NCBI GenBank assembly: GCA_029289265.1
Contig: JARFTX010000005.1
Location: forward strand, 34,452-98,451
Direction of reading: 5' to 3'
DNA from: Gammaproteobacteria bacterium
Lineage (GTDB): Bacteria > Pseudomonadota > Gammaproteobacteria > Burkholderiales > Rhodocyclaceae
Length of the DNA stretch: 64,000 bases
Shown here: positions 57,968 to 64,000 of the stretch, piece by piece
Position numbering within the stretch: the first letter of the stretch is position 1
How the letters are laid out: each line of letters begins with the position of its first letter
Position numbers and translations under genes: made by a program
Notes under the pieces: model-generated
Seen by the model: only the letters and a program-made list of their open reading frames with translations
Databases searched by the model: none
Told to the model about the DNA's origin: nothing

Positions 57968-60166
57968 ATGAAGGAAGTCATCGATCGCTTCGGCACCCCC
58001 GGCCACGACGAAGTCCAGTCGTGGATCGCGCTCGTCGACCGGCTGCGCCCGCCGCGCGCCACGCAAGGCCAGCGCGCCGCTGACAACCTGCGTGCGCTGT
58101 GCGTGCTGCTGTCTCGCCGCGACGACCTGCGCATCAAGCTGCGCGACGCCGTGGAGCGCCTGTTTCTCGAGCGCAAGGTGGTCCCGCTCTATGTCGCCTC
58201 GGGCCTGCTGCCTTCGACCGGATTCTTCTCCGAAACCGCACGCCGCGTGGCTGGACGCCTGCTGCCGGACGTGGTCGACACCGAGTACATGCGCGGCGTG
58301 CTCAGCGTCGTCTTTCATCGCGTCGATGACGAGGTGTGGGTCAACGCGATCCCCGACGCGCAGTGGGCGGAATTCATCGGGCTGCTGTTCATGCCCGAGC
58401 CGCAGTTGGGCGACCACGCGGAGGTCCTGCCCGAGCCCGTCTCCGAGGTGATCGAGGCCCTGCGGATGCTCTCCTACCACATCTCCTCGATCGGCCTCGA
58501 CCCGGAGCTGGTTCGCATCGACCCGACGCTGGAGGAGCACGAGTCACCGTTTCTCGCCCAGAACGCAGAGCTGGTTGCCTATCTGACGAACTACAGGAAA
58601 GGGTGGAGCGAGGACGCCTCGCCGGGCGAGGACGAGAAGCACCTGATGGTCATGCTCGACCAGTGCGCCGACATCGTGCTGCGCATCCGCCGCCGCGCCG
58701 CCAAGATCGGCACCAGCCTGTCGCTCACCTTCAAGCTCGAACGCCTGCAGCAGCACCTCGATCGCCTCGGGGCGTTGCTCGAGCTGTTGCTGCACCTTCG
58801 CGCCGATCGGTCCGTGAGCTCCATCGCTCCGCTGATCGTCCGGCTCTTCAAGCAGCTCATCCACGCCGAGTGCCGCAAATACAAGCTCGCCGACTACTGG
58901 GGCAAGAACGTCGAGTTGCTGTCGCTGCGCATGACCGAGAGCGCGAGCAAGACCGGCGAGCGCTATATCACGTCGAACCGCAGCGAGTACTTCGGCATCC
59001 TGCGTTCCGCAGCGCTGGGCGGACTGATCATCGCGATGATGGCCGCGCTCAAGATCGTGCTGGGCTGGCAGGGTTTTGCGCCGCTCAATGCCGCCCTGGC
59101 GTTCTGCCTCAACTACGGCCTCGGCTTCATGCTGATCCACATTCTGGGCGGGACGGTAGCAACCAAGCAGCCGGCGATGACCGCCAACGCGATCGCCGCC
59201 TCGATCGGCGAGGCCCGCGGCAAAGCGCGCAACCTCGAGAACCTGGTGGAGCTGATCGCGCGGACGGTGCGCAGCCAGCTCGCGGCCATCCTCGGCAACG
59301 TCGGCGTGGCCGTGCCGGTGGCGATGCTGCTCGCCGCGGCCGTGTATGGTCTCTCGGGCGAGCACTTCGTCGACCGGAACGAGGCGGCATACCTGCTTGA
59401 CCAGGTGGATCCTCTGGGCGGAACAATCCTTTTCGCGGGGATCGCCGGCGTTTGTCTGTTTCTCTCGGGCCTGATCTCCGGTTACTACGACAACCTCTCG
59501 GCCTACGGCCGCATCCCGCAGCGCCTGCGGCAACTGCGCTGGCCGCGCCGCTGGTTCGGCGAGGCCCGGATGGCGCGGGTGTCCGCCTACGTCGAGAACA
59601 ACCTCGGCGCGCTCGCCGGCAACTTCTTCTTCGGCTTCCTGCTCGGCGGCGTCACCGCGCTCGGCGTGCTGTTCGGCCTGCCGCTGGACATCCGGCACAT
59701 CGCCTTCTCGTCGGCCTATGTCGGCTACGCCCTTTTCGGACTCGACCTTGCCGTGCCGGTGCAACTGGTGCTGTGGTCGCTGCTCGGGGTGCTGCTGATC
59801 GGCCTGACCAATCTCACGGTGAGCTTCGCGCTGACGCTCACCGTCGCAATGCGCGCGCGCCGCATCACCTTTGCCCAGGGCCAGGAGCTCGTGCACCTGA
59901 TCCTGCAACGCCTGATGCGCCGCCCGCGCGATTTCTTCCTGCCCCCGCCCGCGGCGCACACGACCGTCATGCCCGCGAACACCCCCACACCGCCCGGGCT
60001 GCAGAGTCCGAGCGACACGCCAACCGCGTCCGCATCGCCGAACGAAACCCACGCAGCCGACGCAAAGCCCGCAAGCGAGGCCCAGCCCTCGTCGCCGACC
60101 AACGATCCGCAACCACCGCCGCCCAAGCCGCACCCGCAACCGTCCGGCGAAGTGAGCGACCGATGA
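57968..60166 (+). CDS. polytopic membrane protein of the so-called site-specific recombinase (Gcr/PF10136-like) family
   Basis: 732 aa. A soluble N-terminal third, then multiple TM helices (GGLIIAMMAALKIVLGW, FCLNYGLGFMLIHILGG, VAVPVAMLLAAAVYG...), and a Pro/Ser/Thr-rich tail. Family assignment is from memory of the N-terminal pattern. Confidence 0.65.
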   Translation: MKEVIDRFGTPGHDEVQSWIALVDRLRPPRATQGQRAADNLRALCVLLSRRDDLRIKLRDAVERLFLERKVVPLYVASGLLPSTGFFSETARRVAGRLLPDVVDTEYMRGVLSVVFHRVDDEVWVNAIPDAQWAEFIGLLFMPEPQLGDHAEVLPEPVSEVIEALRMLSYHISSIGLDPELVRIDPTLEEHESPFLAQNAELVAYLTNYRKGWSEDASPGEDEKHLMVMLDQCADIVLRIRRRAAKIGTSLSLTFKLERLQQHLDRLGALLELLLHLRADRSVSSIAPLIVRLFKQLIHAECRKYKLADYWGKNVELLSLRMTESASKTGERYITSNRSEYFGILRSAALGGLIIAMMAALKIVLGWQGFAPLNAALAFCLNYGLGFMLIHILGGTVATKQPAMTANAIAASIGEARGKARNLENLVELIARTVRSQLAAILGNVGVAVPVAMLLAAAVYGLSGEHFVDRNEAAYLLDQVDPLGGTILFAGIAGVCLFLSGLISGYYDNLSAYGRIPQRLRQLRWPRRWFGEARMARVSAYVENNLGALAGNFFFGFLLGGVTALGVLFGLPLDIRHIAFSSAYVGYALFGLDLAVPVQLVLWSLLGVLLIGLTNLTVSFALTLTVAMRARRITFAQGQELVHLILQRLMRRPRDFFLPPPAAHTTVMPANTPTPPGLQSPSDTPTASASPNETHAADAKPASEAQPSSPTNDPQPPPPKPHPQPSGEVSDR

Positions 60167-60242
60167 AGCGGCCCGAGACTGACGCCGGGCAACACCCCGG
60201 CGGCGTGACGCACCCCCCGATTGCGGGCTAGAATTGCGCCCT

Positions 60243-60317
60243 CTCTCCGTAGTTCAATGGATAGAACGAGCGCCTCCTAAGCGCTAGATCTGGGTTCGAT
60301 TCCCGGCGGGGGGACCA
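60243..60317 (+). tRNA. tRNA-Arg (anticodon CCU)
   Basis: CTCTCCGTAGTTCAATGGATAGAACGAGCGCCTCCTAAGCGCTAGATCTGGGTTCGATTCCCGGCGGGGGGACCA. Colinear with E. coli argW; anticodon loop CUCCUAA. Two G-U pairs in the acceptor stem. Confidence 0.85.
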
Positions 60318-60327
60318 AATTCCATGC

Positions 60328-61137
60328 TTATTCGAGCCCTGCAATCAGCGCACGCAGATAGCGCACCGGGATCGCATAGCTGATGCCGGACGGGTCGGTC
60401 AGGGCGCTTTCCTTGGTCGACTTCACGAACACCATGTTGATGACCCCGAGCACGCGCCCCGTCTGGGGATCGAACACGGGACTACCACTATTGCCGGGAT
60501 AGGCGGTGGCGTCGAGTTGGTACACCAGGAAGGGGTCGGTCGCGAGGCGCCGGATCAGGGCCGGGTCGAGCTCTCGTGCACGCGCTTGGGGAATGCCGAT
60601 CGGCGTGATGGCGGCGATGATGCCGCGATGGGTGACGGGCGAGAACCCAAGCGTGTTGCCGATCGGGAATCCGGTGAAGGCGATGTCCTGCCCCTCGCTC
60701 ACACCACCGTCGGGGGCCAACGTCAGGGCCGGCAGCGGCGGCCCCTCGATGCGCAGCACGGCGAGGTCCTTGTCGCGATCGGTCGCGACCCGACTTGCCG
60801 CGCGCACTGCCACGGATCCCGCACCCTCACCCGGCACGGCGATCGCCAGGGTCTCGAGTTGATCGCTGGCCAGCACCTCGGGTAGCACGTGGGCATTGGT
60901 CGCGACGAGGCGGCCGCTGCCCACGGCGAAACCGGTGCCGAGAAAGCGGAAGGCCGGGTTGCGCGTGCGCTGGAAGGTGCCGACCGCGACGATGGAGGGA
61001 CGGATGCGCGGAACGGTGGCGACGAGGCCCGCAAACGCGGACGTCGGCGCGAACGCGCCGGCGCATAACGCACCCAGGCCCAGGAGCCACCGGCGGCGGG
61101 CGGACCGCACCGTACCGTGCCGCGCGCCTGCGCTCAC
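60328..61137 (-). CDS. trypsin-like (S1/S1C) serine protease, secreted
   Basis: Tat/Sec-like RRRWLLGLGALCAGAFAPTSAFA. Catalytic-triad contexts ATNAHV, DLAVL and GNSGSPV. GTG start at 61137 overlaps the upstream stop (GTGA). Confidence 0.8.
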   Translation of the reverse strand: MSAGARHGTVRSARRRWLLGLGALCAGAFAPTSAFAGLVATVPRIRPSIVAVGTFQRTRNPAFRFLGTGFAVGSGRLVATNAHVLPEVLASDQLETLAIAVPGEGAGSVAVRAASRVATDRDKDLAVLRIEGPPLPALTLAPDGGVSEGQDIAFTGFPIGNTLGFSPVTHRGIIAAITPIGIPQARARELDPALIRRLATDPFLVYQLDATAYPGNSGSPVFDPQTGRVLGVINMVFVKSTKESALTDPSGISYAIPVRYLRALIAGLE

Positions 61138-62096
61138 GATCCGTCCACCAGTTGTTGCGCGGCGCGCCACTGCGTCAGCGCCTCACTTGGCTCGACGATG
61201 CGCGGGTCGTAGGGGTGCCGGCGCTGCGGCGACACCGCGAGGACGCGTTCGACGTAGGCCTGGGTCTCGCGGTACGGCGGCACGCCGCGATGGCGCTCCA
61301 CCGCGCGTTCGCCGGCGTTGTAGGCCGCCACGGCCAGCACCACGTCGCCCTCGAAGTAAGCCAGCAGCCAGCGCAGGTAGGCGAGTCCGCCCTCGATGTT
61401 CTGACGCGGATCGAAGGCGTCCCGCACCCTGAAACGGGCCGCGGTATCCGGTATCAACTGCATCACGCCCATCGCGTTCTTGGGCGAAATCGCACGTGGA
61501 TCGAGCGCCGACTCGGTGATCGCGACGGCGAGCGCGAGCGCGGGGCTGATCTGGTAGCGCGGCGCGAGCTCGCGGATCAGCTCGGCGATCGCCCGCCGTT
61601 CGGGGCCGAGCCGGCCAATGCGCGCGTCGAGGACGGCGGGAACGGCGGCGACCAGCAAGCTTGCCGGGGTACGCAGGCACTCCGGTGCAGCGCCCGAATA
61701 CTCGCCGGTGAAGCGGGTCATGCGCTGCGCGTGCTCGTGACCACGGAAGGCCGCCATCGCGAACAACGTCCCCGCGAGCTCGTCGTTGCGCGCAGCACCC
61801 CGTCCGTTGGCATACATCCAGCCCAGCGCGAACATCGATTCGACGTCGCCGAGACGCGCCGACTCACAGTAGAGCGCCAGCGCGCGCGCCGCATCGCGCG
61901 GCACGCCTTCGCCGTGCTCATGGGCGCGGGCGGCCTCGTGCAGGTATCGGGCGTGACCGGCAAGGGCCACCTCGACGGCGGCGAGGTCCTGGGCGGGGGC
62001 AGGGGCGCTGGCAAGCGCGAGCAGGCATGGCGCAATACACCGGGCGATGAAGCCGGATCGCATCCCGACCGATCTTCGCTTTCCGTGCGCGCCCAT
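61134..62096 (-). CDS. lytic transglycosylase (SLT domain) with N-terminal Sel1-like repeats
   Basis: Sel1-type YCESARLGDVESMFALGWMYANGRG, plus the SLT motifs ESALDPRAISPKNAMGVMQLIP and AYNAG. Confidence 0.8.
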   Translation of the reverse strand: MGAHGKRRSVGMRSGFIARCIAPCLLALASAPAPAQDLAAVEVALAGHARYLHEAARAHEHGEGVPRDAARALALYCESARLGDVESMFALGWMYANGRGAARNDELAGTLFAMAAFRGHEHAQRMTRFTGEYSGAAPECLRTPASLLVAAVPAVLDARIGRLGPERRAIAELIRELAPRYQISPALALAVAITESALDPRAISPKNAMGVMQLIPDTAARFRVRDAFDPRQNIEGGLAYLRWLLAYFEGDVVLAVAAYNAGERAVERHRGVPPYRETQAYVERVLAVSPQRRHPYDPRIVEPSEALTQWRAAQQLVDGS

Positions 62097-62129
62097 GTCG
62101 CCTCCTTCAACCCACCACCCGTCGTGCCC

Positions 62130-63410
<1,281 letters not shown>

Positions 63411-63517
63411 GAAAGCTTCCCTTCCAGTTATTCGATTCACGGCACCCAAGCGCCGTTATGGATGACATGGTTCATAGCGTTGCGGAGCTTGCAGGCGAAT
63501 GCCCGAGCGATCCGCGC

Positions 63518-64000
63518 CTAGAGCTGCTCCTTCAACCGCCGCGCCTCGGCATGCACGGGTGAGTTCTCGGGCGATTGGCCGAGCAATTCGTCCAATACGC
63601 CACGAGCTTCCGCCTTGCGGTTCGCAGCCAGGTAAGCCTTGGCCAGATTGATCCGCAGTGCTCCGGTCGAGGGCGAAAGCGCGACGGCGCGATGAAGGTT
63701 TGCAAGGCCGGTTTCGATTTCACCGCTCTCGACCTGCAGCATCCCGAGCGTGTCGAGAATCGCAGCGTTGTTCGGAGCGAGCTCGTCTGCCCGCTGCGCG
63801 AGCGAGATCGCATCGGGCCGCTTCAGGCGACCGGCGACCCATGCGAGATTGTTCAGCACCAGGGCATTGTCGGCGCGGATCTCGAGCATCCGGCGGTACA
63901 AGATCTCGGCATCGGCAAGCCGGTTCTCCCCGATTGCCCGCTCGGCCAGGTAGGTGCGCACGGCAAGATCGTCGGGATTTGCCTTGAGCCAGCTCGCGGC
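63518..64000 (-). CDS. prsT: TPR-repeat protein, C-terminal part; probable PEP-CTERM system TPR lipoprotein PrsT (5' end outside window)
   Basis: The frame is open to position 64000 (AASWLKANPDDLAVRTYLAERAIG...). TPR repeats end in AEARRLKEQL. The PrsT call rests on context and C-terminal similarity only. Confidence 0.6.
   Translation of the reverse strand, partial: AASWLKANPDDLAVRTYLAERAIGENRLADAEILYRRMLEIRADNALVLNNLAWVAGRLKRPDAISLAQRADELAPNNAAILDTLGMLQVESGEIETGLANLHRAVALSPSTGALRINLAKAYLAANRKAEARGVLDELLGQSPENSPVHAEARRLKEQL

Noticed and set aside
57968-60166. Mobile-element recombinase
   Set aside because: The predicted membrane architecture, the lack of catalytic recombinase motifs and the absence of flanking repeats argue against calling this a mobile element.

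Overview
This is a GC-rich (about 65-70%) chromosomal segment with betaproteobacterial gene content; the synteny looks Rhodocyclales/Zoogloea-Thauera-Azoarcus-like, but that placement is inference only. It is densely coding, mostly housekeeping and metabolic genes. I saw no rRNA, CRISPR array, IS element, transposase, integrase or prophage genes.

Gene content, left to right:
- ectR-like MarR gene plus ectABC (ectoine); ectC is cut by the window edge.
- A GST.
- A DJ-1/PfpI gene followed by cynABD-like transporter genes and cynS (cyanase).
- An ABC-2 exporter.
- A NarL-type two-component pair and a DUF3617 protein.
- A class II Fic protein with a tightly coupled unknown ORF, next to tRNA-Pro(CGG).
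- ispB.
- ugpQ and an orphan UgpB-like binding protein with a repeat tail.
- tas-like aldo-keto reductase, rlmM, rhlE and a PAS-EAL protein.
- pntAA-pntAB-pntB.
- A PP2C phosphatase and a MaoC dehydratase.
- glcC-glcD-(45-aa ORF)-glcE-glcF.
- A SulP permease.
- rplU-rpmA-obg-proB.
- An HDOD protein.
- A roughly 9-kb PEP-CTERM accessory locus (39.7-48.8 kb).
- prpE, a REC/degenerate-GGDEF gene and acuI.
- HDOD, LemA and GIDE genes.
- uup.
- A polytopic 'site-specific recombinase'-family protein.
- tRNA-Arg(CCU).
- The edge of a core PEP-CTERM/EPS locus: S1 protease, SLT-Sel1, a nucleotide-sugar dehydrogenase and partial prsT.

The most interesting region is the accessory locus at 39.7-48.8 kb. 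Two PEP-CTERM cargo genes each sit behind a recognisable sigma-54 (-24/-12) promoter. They bracket a translationally coupled ThiF/E1-like adenylyltransferase plus Acg-like double nitroreductase pair, two tandem FtsX/MacB-type permeases with no ATPase gene, and an exosortase-associated N-acyl amino acid synthase. A GT1 glycosyltransferase lies directly upstream.

Many long ORFs in the six-frame track are GC-driven shadow frames and were rejected.
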